Positions 51,611-59,753 of a stretch of DNA of 64,000 nucleotides are shown here, in pieces; positions within the stretch are counted from its first letter, which is position 1, and the number at the start of each line of letters is the position of its first letter. Source of the stretch: an uncultured delta proteobacterium (lineage in GTDB: Bacteria > Desulfobacterota > Syntrophia > Syntrophales > UBA2185). A program made the translations under genes and the position numbers. The notes under the pieces were generated by a model. That model was not told the origin of the DNA and did no database searches. It was given only the letters and a program-made list of their open reading frames with translations. The stretch lies in contig CAVSPA010000004.1 of NCBI GenBank assembly GCA_963729715.1, positions 480,001 through 544,000 of the forward strand, in the 5' to 3' direction.

Positions 51611-53028
51611 GGGATATTGTCAATAGTTGTGGATGAGACATTTTTCAACGTATCCTGACCCTTTTCAAATTCAAGCAGCTTCTTTCATTATTACACCATC
51701 AACAAATCTGATTCCTTCAATGACCTTGCAGATAAGGTTATGCCCCCTGATTCTCTGCCAAGTCTTTTCTGCTTCCATGGCCAATTTGAAAACCATGGTA
51801 AGTGTTGCCAATCTTGAGCCACAACCTTTTGTCCGTTTTGTGCGAAGCCTCACAGTGGCAAAGGTTGATTCGATAGGATTTGTAGACCGGATATGACGCC
51901 AGTGCTCTGCCGGGAAATCATAAAAAGCAAAAAGACTTTCTTTGTCTTTTCTTAAACACTCGCATGCTTTTTCATATTTTGCCTGATATTGAGATAAGAA
52001 ATAATCATAGGCTCTAAAGGCTTCATCCCTGGTCGGAGCCATATACATGTCGCAGATATGAACCTTGGCTCTCGGTTGAACGCTCTTTGGCATCTTATCC
52101 AGGATATTGGCAGTCTTATGAACCCAGCAACGCTGCTCTATTGTTTCCGGAAACTCCTCCCGAAGGGCTGCCCAGAATCCCAAGCCGCCGTCACCAACCG
52201 CCAACTTAGGACCTTCTTTAAGCCCCCTTTGCTTGAGATCGCGCAGCATCTCCTGCCAAACCTGTTTGCTCTCCCGGTATCCGTCAAGAAGGGAAACAAG
52301 TTCCTTCTTCCCGTCTTCCAATGTCCCCATAATGACCAAGATGCATTGCCGCTTGTTCTCCACATCTCCCAAACGAACATTGAAATAAATGCCGTCTGCC
52401 CAGAAATAAACGTATCGCTTATGGGCAAGATCCCGCCCCGCCCAGTTTTCATAATCTTGTCCCCAGAGAGTCTTTAATCGAACAATATTTGTGGCGGAAA
52501 GCCCCGTTGCGTTCTTTCCTAATATGGATTCTAGTGCCTCACTGAAATCCCCAGTGGAGATCCCCTTAAGATAGAGTGCCGGTATTAAAGCGTCTATTGA
52601 TGGAACTCTTCTCATATATCTCGGCAAAATAGTGCTGGTAAAAGCCTCGCCTTCTCTCTTGTCGTGAATGCGGGGCTGTTTCACTTGCAATGGCCCAATG
52701 CCAGTCACAATCTCTCTTTCCGGTAAGGACCCGTTCCTCACAACCATGCGCCGACCACCATTATCTCTCGCATCCTTGAAACTCTCAATGTACTCACTTA
52801 TCTCATTCTCTATGGCCGCCTGCAACATCCGACAGGCGCCTTCCCGGATAATTAACTCCAATGCGCTTTTTGATTCTTCTTTAACTTGCTTTTCCAGATA
52901 ATCTCGTTCATTATTCTCCATGGGCGTATCCTTCTTTCTCCCCTCTCGCCAAGGGGGCTTTAAGTTAAACTACACTTATTTAGGATACGCCTTCTTTTTA
53001 TCCTGTCCACAACTTTGGGTTATATCTC
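51611..53028 (-). mobile_element. IS256-family insertion sequence (1418 bp)
   Basis: Imperfect terminal inverted repeats GGGATATTGTCAATAGTTGTGGA / GAGATATAACCCAAAGTTGTGGA; 9-bp target duplication ACGGGATGG at 51602-51610 and 53029-53037. Confidence 0.95.
51671..52921 (-). CDS. IS256 (Mutator-type) DDE transposase
   Basis: YFWADG, AVGDG.LG, QRCWVHK, STNPIES. Confidence 0.96.
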   Translation of the reverse strand: MENNERDYLEKQVKEESKSALELIIREGACRMLQAAIENEISEYIESFKDARDNGGRRMVVRNGSLPEREIVTGIGPLQVKQPRIHDKREGEAFTSTILPRYMRRVPSIDALIPALYLKGISTGDFSEALESILGKNATGLSATNIVRLKTLWGQDYENWAGRDLAHKRYVYFWADGIYFNVRLGDVENKRQCILVIMGTLEDGKKELVSLLDGYRESKQVWQEMLRDLKQRGLKEGPKLAVGDGGLGFWAALREEFPETIEQRCWVHKTANILDKMPKSVQPRAKVHICDMYMAPTRDEAFRAYDYFLSQYQAKYEKACECLRKDKESLFAFYDFPAEHWRHIRSTNPIESTFATVRLRTKRTKGCGSRLATLTMVFKLAMEAEKTWQRIRGHNLICKVIEGIRFVDGVIMKEAA

Positions 53029-53332
53029 ACGGGATGGTGAAGATTTGTTAGATGTGATCAGTTCTGCTGTGGTTATCCTGAACTTATTAAAAAACGCAGG
53101 CTCCAGCGTATTTCTTTCTGAACAGATTCCCGGAACATCAAAATTACGTTTTTAACCATAACAGATCATTCTGGTATTGTGGCTGATTTTACGGGTCATT
53201 GGTAATACCAATGATGCCGGATTGATATTGATAATTGGCTGTAATCCTTATATGAACAATTTCAGTTATGGTAGATGGGGTGGGTGAGTAGAACTTCCTG
53301 AAGTCTTGTTTTTAGCAATTCTCATCAGAATA

Positions 53333-54378
53333 GTCGAGTAGACCAAGGAGGTTTCCCCCCTTGGCCCCTCCAAGATCCGGACATGCCCAATTAAGGCATC
53401 CGGCTCCTCGATCTACGGATTTGCTGCGTTACGGTACGCCGAATGGATGGCGATCGGCGCCGGCAGAGGATAACGCTTCAGGAGCCGGTTGAAAGTTTCC
53501 CACTCCATCCGGGCCCTCTGCGACCTCCGGCTCAGCCACTTATACCACAGCCTGATCACCTCTGAGCGATACTTCGCAATCCAGAACGAGTTCCCGGTGA
53601 CTCCGTAATACCCGTAGTGGCCTCTCAGCTGCTGAGAGAGTGTTTTCTGCTGTTCGTGGATGGGCCGGTGCCGGTTGGCCTTACACCAATCCTTGATTCT
53701 TGAAAGTGCCTGCTTCAGGCGGTCTTTCGCCGTCTTATGCTTAACCACCCAGTACCCCTTTCGGGACTTGGCCCAATACAGGGTGAAGCCCAGCAGGTCG
53801 AAACTCCCAGGACCATGGTTATCCGAGTTATCGGAGTCCTTTGGCTTCCGAAAGTCCACCAGCCGGGTCTTCTCGGGGTGGAGAGTGAGGCCGTATTTCC
53901 CGAACCGCTTGGGAAGCACGTCCAACACTCGGCGGGCATCACTCTCCAACTTGAAGCCCATGATGAGATCATCTGCGTAACGGATCAGGAAGGCTCCGCC
54001 TTTCATTCGCGGCTTCACTTCCCGCTCGAACCAGACATCCAGGACTTCATGAAGATAGATGTTCGCCAGCAGTGGCGATATTACCCCACCTTGTGGGGTT
54101 CCGGCCTCTGGGTGTACCTGCTTCCCCGACTCCATCACCCCCGCTTTCAGCCACTTTCCGATCAATCGACGGATCACGCCGTCACGCACCCTGCGATTCA
54201 GTATATCCCGCAGATGACGGTGGTCCAGAGTATCAAAAAACTTCCTGATATCCACCTCAAGCACCCAGCCGCCTCCCATCGCCATCAGCCGCTCCCGCCC
54301 CGCCCTTAGCGCCTGATGCGCCCAGCGTCCGGGGCGGAACCCATACGAACAGTCCAAAAAGTCCTGCTCGTAGATGGG
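53333..54378 (-). mobile_element. 5'-truncated group II intron (ORF remnant plus domains V and VI)
   Basis: Domain V GAGCCGGATGC...GTCCGGATC (53406-53374), domain VI hairpin ending CTACTCGAC at 53333; domains I-III absent. Confidence 0.9.
53413..54378 (-). pseudogene. ltrA: Group II intron reverse transcriptase/maturase, N-terminally truncated
   Basis: EPIYEQDFLDCSYGFRPG, DIRKFFD, GTPQGG, YADD, domain X GHYGYYG; RT0/RT1 and endonuclease domain missing. Confidence 0.9.
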
Positions 54379-54425
54379 CTCCGGAACCAGAGGCCCCGAG
54401 TTCAAATCTCGGATCGCCCGCCAAT
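54379..54425 (+). repeat. attR: duplicated 3' half of tRNA-Arg
   Basis: Identical to 44131-44177, starting at the anticodon loop. Confidence 0.93.
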
Positions 54426-54557
54426 TTCATCAGTTGCGGTCGGCCAAACTCCCAAATCACCGGCAAGGCGGTGCATTCGAGCCCCTGTATAAAAGATCTT
54501 GATTTATTAAAAAGAATATTATACAAACGAAGCCCGTTCAAAATCTTAATATGCAGG

Positions 54558-54604
54558 ACTCCTTGTTCGGACAGACAGTCCGGACTTTAGAGCCATGAGG
54601 AGGT
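54558..54604 (+). promoter_or_regulatory. S6:S18 ribosomal protein leader
   Basis: CTCCTT pairs with SD GAGGAG, inner hairpin GTTCGGAC-AGACA-GTCCGGAC, unpaired CCA; directly upstream of rpsF. Confidence 0.7.
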
Positions 54605-54610
54605 AGAAAG

Positions 54611-55084
54611 TTGAAAAGATACGAAACCCTGTTTATTGTCCAAATTGACCTTCCCATTGATGAGCTCAACAGTATTATCGAGCGTTACAAAACAATCGTA
54701 ACGGCCCTTAAAGGCACCATCATCAAAGTCGAAAAATGGGGCAAAAGAAAATTAGCTTACGAAATTAAGAAGCAATCAAACGGCAACTATGTTCTGATCG
54801 ACTTCGCGGGTAAGAGTGCAATCATCGATGAACTGGAAAGAAATTTCAAGATCGATGACAAGATCCTCAAGTTCATGACAATAATGAAGGATGGCAATGT
54901 TGACCTCGCGGCAATAGAAAAAGAAAGGGAAGAAGAAAACAAGCCTGAAGCGCCGCGTGCGGCGCTCGTTTTCGAAAGCCGGGTAAGCGCTGAGCCGAAG
55001 CCGGAAACCGATGCGAATAAAGAATCCGCATCCTCAGAACCGGCATCGACGCCGATATACCGGGAAACGGAGGGGAAAGTTTAA
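54611..55084 (+). CDS. rpsF: 30S ribosomal protein S6 with C-terminal extension
   Basis: MKRYET.FI, WGKRKLAYEIKK. Confidence 0.96.
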   Translation: MKRYETLFIVQIDLPIDELNSIIERYKTIVTALKGTIIKVEKWGKRKLAYEIKKQSNGNYVLIDFAGKSAIIDELERNFKIDDKILKFMTIMKDGNVDLAAIEKEREEENKPEAPRAALVFESRVSAEPKPETDANKESASSEPASTPIYRETEGKV

Positions 55085-55087
55085 CAA

Positions 55088-55366
55088 ATGCCAACACCAT
55101 CAAGAGATATCAGGACACCAAGAACGGATTCAAGACCGCAGAAGAAATTTTACCACAAGAGAAAATTTTGTCGTTTTTGTACGGACTCAGATATAAGAAT
55201 TGAATACAAAGAGCCCCTTGTCCTGAAGGATTATATAACCGACAGGGGCAAGATCATACCGAGAAGAATTACTGGAAATTGCGCCAAACATCAGAGGGAA
55301 GTTACCGTGGCTATAAAAAGGGCGAGGACCATAGCCCTGTTGCCCTTTGTTGTTTCCGAATGGTAA
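55088..55366 (+). CDS. rpsR: 30S ribosomal protein S18
   Basis: [27 protein letters not shown]. Confidence 0.97.
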   Translation: MPTPSRDIRTPRTDSRPQKKFYHKRKFCRFCTDSDIRIEYKEPLVLKDYITDRGKIIPRRITGNCAKHQREVTVAIKRARTIALLPFVVSEW

Positions 55367-55380
55367 TATGAAATTGGAAG

Positions 55381-56385
55381 ATGGCCGCATCAGGTCAAGA
55401 TCAGCGGATTCAGACTTTGAGCAAAGAAAGGGGTGCATTTTTTAAGAATATCTTTTTCACGGGTATAGCCGTATCCTCCCTGGCCTTTCTCACTGCCTCG
55501 CTCATTCCTATGGTGGGTGCTTTCTTTTTTATCCTGACACCGCTGCCGATTATTTATTATTATTCCAAGACGGGCAGGATACGAGGGTTGGCAATATTCC
55601 TCATATCCCTTTTTCTGGTCGCCGTAGTGCTGACATTTTCCGGTTCCGCTGCAAATCTGCCATTCATAATTATAACGGGATTCTTGGGAGTCCTTCTTTC
55701 AGAAATCTTTCGCAGGAAATACTCCATAGAAAAAACTGTCGTTTATCCCGTGACGGTGATCTTGCTGCTATGGTGCTCTTTTATCGTCTTTCAGAGCCTA
55801 TCAGCAGGAACAGAACCCTGGCATCTGGTTGAGGATTACATCGGGAGAAATATCGAGGAGAGCATTCAATTATACGCGCAACTGGATGTTCCGGCGGAAC
55901 AAATAGATCTTCTCAAAAATAATTTTAAAGAGATAACGAGCTTCTTTGCAAACATTTTTCCTGCTCTCGTCCTGGTAAGCGCTTCCTTCATAGTGTGGCT
56001 TAATATACTGGCCGCAAGAGAGATATTTCAAAGAACCGGGATGTGGCATCCCGATTTCGGAGATCTTTCACGGTGGAGGGCCCCGGAGGGGCAGATCTGG
56101 CTTCTCATTGCCGCCGGGGGATCGCTTTTAGTCCCTGTTTCGTTGGTAAGGATTATCAGCCTTAATCTCGTAATCGTTTGCCTGTTTGTGTACCTCCTTC
56201 AGGGTTTGTCAATTATAAGCTTTTTATTCAGGACAAAAAATGTTCACAGATCTTTCAGGATACTTTGTTATGGCCTTATTTTTGCTCAACAATATATAAT
56301 CCTGCTCATAGCTGTCGTGGGCGTCTTTGATCTGTGGGTTGATTTCAGAAAATTTATTAAACCGGTAACATACTCCACCTCTTAA
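55381..56385 (+). CDS. YybS/DUF2232 membrane protein
   Basis: Multi-TM, QGLS, G.FDLW.DFRK; typical position between rpsR and rplI. Confidence 0.88.
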   Translation: MAASGQDQRIQTLSKERGAFFKNIFFTGIAVSSLAFLTASLIPMVGAFFFILTPLPIIYYYSKTGRIRGLAIFLISLFLVAVVLTFSGSAANLPFIIITGFLGVLLSEIFRRKYSIEKTVVYPVTVILLLWCSFIVFQSLSAGTEPWHLVEDYIGRNIEESIQLYAQLDVPAEQIDLLKNNFKEITSFFANIFPALVLVSASFIVWLNILAAREIFQRTGMWHPDFGDLSRWRAPEGQIWLLIAAGGSLLVPVSLVRIISLNLVIVCLFVYLLQGLSIISFLFRTKNVHRSFRILCYGLIFAQQYIILLIAVVGVFDLWVDFRKFIKPVTYSTS

Positions 56386-56631
56386 ACGGGATTATGAAAA
56401 ATCAGGAGTTAATGATCTCGCAAAAGAGATGTATGATGCATATGGAGCAAGAATGATGGGTTTCGCGGGAAATAGAGGCTACAAGGAAGGTATTCCCCAG
56501 TGTGCGGTGATTAACTGAGGCAACAGTTGTATAGCTTGCCCTGGGGGACGCCGGCTAATTCCAGTTGTTGGTATTCTCTTGTAATCGCTTACGCGTTAAA
56601 TAGTGAAATTCAGATTTTACGAGGAGAGTGT

Positions 56632-57078
56632 ATGAAGGTCATATTGAAGCAGAATGTTGATTCTCTCGGAAAGGCCGGAGATGCGGTGAAGGTTGCCGAT
56701 GGTTATGCAAGGAACTATCTGATTCCCAAGGGGCTCGCAGTGGAGGCAAGCAACTGGTCTCTTAAGGCTTTGGAAAATGAAAAAAAGCAAATAATGAAGA
56801 AGCTCGGAACTGAAAGGAAAAAGGCCGAGGTCATGATTGAGAGGCTCGCAGGCGTGACATTGAGCCTTACCAGGCGTGTCGGGGAACAGGATAAGTTATT
56901 CGGGTCAGTGACCACGAAAGATATAGAACAATCCCTCCAAGACCTGGGCATAGAGATTGATAGAAAAATGATAATCCTTGAAGAACCTATAAAGACTCCC
57001 GGCGAATTCCTGGCAAAAATTAAACTTCAGCCCGGGGTAGCCGCAGAGATAAAGATAACGGTAATTGGCGAGGCGTAA
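56632..57078 (+). CDS. rplI: 50S ribosomal protein L9
   Basis: MKVILK, V..GYARNYLIP.G.A, KLFGSVT; start moved to 56632 after GAGGAG. Confidence 0.97.
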   Translation: MKVILKQNVDSLGKAGDAVKVADGYARNYLIPKGLAVEASNWSLKALENEKKQIMKKLGTERKKAEVMIERLAGVTLSLTRRVGEQDKLFGSVTTKDIEQSLQDLGIEIDRKMIILEEPIKTPGEFLAKIKLQPGVAAEIKITVIGEA

Positions 57079-57087
57079 AGGCAGTCC

Positions 57088-58446
57088 ATGAAAGATATTG
57101 ACACCTCATTGCACAGGGTGCCGCCGCAGAATCTCGAAGCCGAGCAGTCCGTGATCGGAGGAATCCTCCTCGATAACCAGGCGCTGAACAGCGTTCTGGA
57201 AGTGCTTCATGTCGAAGATTTTTACAGCGAAGCGCATCGCAAAATATTCGCCGCCATTATAGAGCTCTATGACAGAAATGAACCAAGCGATCTCATCACG
57301 CTAAGCAACATACTGAAAAGTAAGAATCAACTCGATCAGGCAGGAGGTGCATCTTACCTATCTTCCCTCGCGGATAATGTGCCGTCAGCAGCCAATATAG
57401 ATCACTATTCCAAAATCGTAAAAGAAAAGTCAATTTTGCGCAGTTTGATCGGCACGGCGACGGATATTCTGAGCAAGAGTTATAATCCAGGTACGGACAT
57501 CGATACGGTGCTCGACGAAGCCGAACGCGCCATATTCGATATATCGGAAAATAAGATAAGGCCTGCCTTCAGCCCTTTCAAGGACATAATAAAGCAAAGC
57601 GTCAAGACCATCGAGAAGCTGTATGAGCGCAAAGAGCTTGTAACCGGCGTTCCCACCGGATTTGAAAAGATAGACGATATCACGTCAGGTCTGCAGAAAT
57701 CCGATTTAGTCATAATTGCAGGCCGACCCAGCATGGGGAAAACCGCTTTTGCCCTGAATATTGCGCAATACGCAGCCCTCGAAGCTAATATCGCCGTTGC
57801 TATCTTCTCTCTCGAAATGTCAAAGGAGCAACTAGCCCTGCGCATGCTTTCCTCGGAATCAAAGGTCGATTCGCAGAGAATAAGGAGAGGGTTCCTGGGA
57901 GAGGCTGATTGGCCGAGGCTGATCTCCGCCGCGGGAAGGCTTTCCGAGGCGCAGATATTCATCGATGATTCATCGGCAATTACGGCATTGGAAATGAAGG
58001 CAAAGGCACGACGCTTGAAATCCACCGTAGACCTTGGCCTGATCATACTGGACTATCTCCAGCTTATGAGAAGCGGCGGCTACAGGGAATCGCGGGAGCA
58101 GGAGATATCCGAAATCAGCCGTTCCCTTAAGGCCCTTGCGAAGGAGCTTAGTGTCCCAGTAATTGCGCTTTCCCAGCTGAACAGGAAGCTGGAAGACAGA
58201 ACCAATAAGCGACCCCAAATGGCGGACTTGAGGGATTCGGGCGCCATTGAGCAGGATGCAGACTTGATTGCCTTTATTTACAGGGATGAGGTCTATGAGA
58301 AATCCGACGAGAATCCCGAAAAAGGCATGGCCGAGATAATTATTGGCAAGCAAAGAAACGGACCGACGGGCATGGTGAAGCTGGCATTTCAGGATAAATA
58401 TGCCCGTTTTGAAAACCTCGCCAGAGGCATTGACATGGAGCCGTAG
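57088..58446 (+). CDS. dnaB: Replicative DNA helicase
   Basis: PPQNLEAEQ, GRPSMGKT, FSLEMS, DYLQLM, DLRDSGAIEQDAD, KQRNGP; no intein. Confidence 0.98.
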   Translation: MKDIDTSLHRVPPQNLEAEQSVIGGILLDNQALNSVLEVLHVEDFYSEAHRKIFAAIIELYDRNEPSDLITLSNILKSKNQLDQAGGASYLSSLADNVPSAANIDHYSKIVKEKSILRSLIGTATDILSKSYNPGTDIDTVLDEAERAIFDISENKIRPAFSPFKDIIKQSVKTIEKLYERKELVTGVPTGFEKIDDITSGLQKSDLVIIAGRPSMGKTAFALNIAQYAALEANIAVAIFSLEMSKEQLALRMLSSESKVDSQRIRRGFLGEADWPRLISAAGRLSEAQIFIDDSSAITALEMKAKARRLKSTVDLGLIILDYLQLMRSGGYRESREQEISEISRSLKALAKELSVPVIALSQLNRKLEDRTNKRPQMADLRDSGAIEQDADLIAFIYRDEVYEKSDENPEKGMAEIIIGKQRNGPTGMVKLAFQDKYARFENLARGIDMEP

Positions 58447-58579
58447 CCGGACGGGAAGACATCTGTTGTGATCTTGCGGTCCATCCCCTCCGAAGGTTCC
58501 TGTACTACCTCCTTACATCAAGAAATCCAAGCGCTCCCAGCACCGTATCGGTTGGAATCTGCTGCATCCGGTAACGCCG

Positions 58580-59446
58580 TTATGTCTCGGCCGGGAGCAG
58601 ATCCCGCTCTTTTCCTAAATATGGGATGGCTAGTCGCAATTTCTTAAGGGCCTGCTTCTCAATCTGTCTGGCCCTTTCCCTGGTAATGTTATATTTATTG
58701 CCGATTTCCTGGAGGGTTTTCGGGTTGTCCGTCATTATACGATTTTTGACGATATAGCTTTCCCTTTCATTGAGATTTGTGAGTGCGCCGGCAATGTTTC
58801 TTTTTACGATATCCATCTCCTCTTTCTTAATCAGAGACGTCTCCTGATCCTCGCCCTCGTAAGTCAAGTAATCGAGATGAGACGTTTCTCCTTCTTGGCC
58901 GATGTATGAATCAAGGGAAAGATCGCGATAGGTAAGCCTCTGGTCCATTTCTGCAATTTCCGTTTCCTTGACGCCAAGAGATTCCGCAATCTCTCCGAAT
59001 TCAGGATTCTTCTGCGAAAGGGCCTCAAGCTTCTTCTTCGCCTGCCCAAGCTTGAAAAAGAGTTTCCTTTGGGCCTGTGTAGTCCCGATCTTTACAAGAC
59101 TCCACGATTTAATAATGAAATTTTGTATGTATGCTCTTATCCACCACACCGCATAAGATATGAGCCTGTATCCTTTATAGGGATCAAACTTTTTCACGGC
59201 ATGCATGAGCCCTATATTCCCTTCTTGAATCAGGTCGGCCAGTTTGATCCCGTAATTTCTATATTCGTGCGCGATCTTGACCACGAACCTCAAGTTTGAC
59301 ACGACCAATTTCTCAGCTGCCTCCATGTCATTATACTTCTTAAATTTGACCGCAAACCTGAATTCTTCATCCGCACTGAGGATGGGATAGCGATTGATCT
59401 GTGCTATATAGATGTCAAGAGTACTCGTGACTGATGGCAGTTCCAA
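58580..59446 (-). CDS. rpoH: Heat-shock sigma factor sigma32
   Basis: DLIQEGNIGLM, SYAVWWIRA, RpoH box QRKLFFKL, TRERARQIE. Confidence 0.93.
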   Translation of the reverse strand: MELPSVTSTLDIYIAQINRYPILSADEEFRFAVKFKKYNDMEAAEKLVVSNLRFVVKIAHEYRNYGIKLADLIQEGNIGLMHAVKKFDPYKGYRLISYAVWWIRAYIQNFIIKSWSLVKIGTTQAQRKLFFKLGQAKKKLEALSQKNPEFGEIAESLGVKETEIAEMDQRLTYRDLSLDSYIGQEGETSHLDYLTYEGEDQETSLIKKEEMDIVKRNIAGALTNLNERESYIVKNRIMTDNPKTLQEIGNKYNITRERARQIEKQALKKLRLAIPYLGKERDLLPAET

Positions 59447-59553
59447 TTAAGACCTCTCAGGGTTGCTTTGTTTCGCTTCTAATTTATAAGTCTATTATGT
59501 ATCCGACCCTCCAGTCAACATCTTTGACACATTTTTTCTTTATTATGCATATC

Positions 59554-59582
59554 TTGACAGATTGCATACCCATGTTTACATT
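59554..59582 (+). promoter_or_regulatory. Sigma70-type promoter upstream of clpB
   Basis: TTGACA-17 bp-TACATT. Confidence 0.5.
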
Positions 59583-59753
59583 TATGAATGTAATTCACGC
59601 TTTGGACGCGCTTAGAGGGTGACTCCATAGAAGCCATGAAAGCCCGGACTGTGGCTCGTTTTTCTTCGCCTCGCACGCATGTCCTATAAGCGTTAATATA
59701 CTGCTGATAAAAATAGATGGAACAGGGAGAAGCCAAAGATCATTGGAGGTATC

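Larger units (their letters stand above)
44131..54425. mobile_element. Genomic island in tRNA-Arg(CCG), no integrase
   Basis: Identical 47-bp direct repeats at 44131-44177 and 54379-54425; AT-richer cargo; core genes on both flanks. Confidence 0.88.

Noticed and set aside
53413..54405. RT as a retron, DGR or defence-associated RT
   Set aside because: It has the group II domain X and is followed directly by intron domains V and VI; I found no TR/VR pair, msr-msd or Avd gene.
54379..54423. Second tRNA-Arg gene
   Set aside because: Only the 3' half is present; the acceptor 5' strand and D arm are missing.
59447..59753. CIRCE operator or sigma32 promoter between rpoH and clpB
   Set aside because: No TTAGCACTC-N9-GAGTGCTAA, and the CTTGAC...CCCATGT spacing is too short for the sigma32 consensus.
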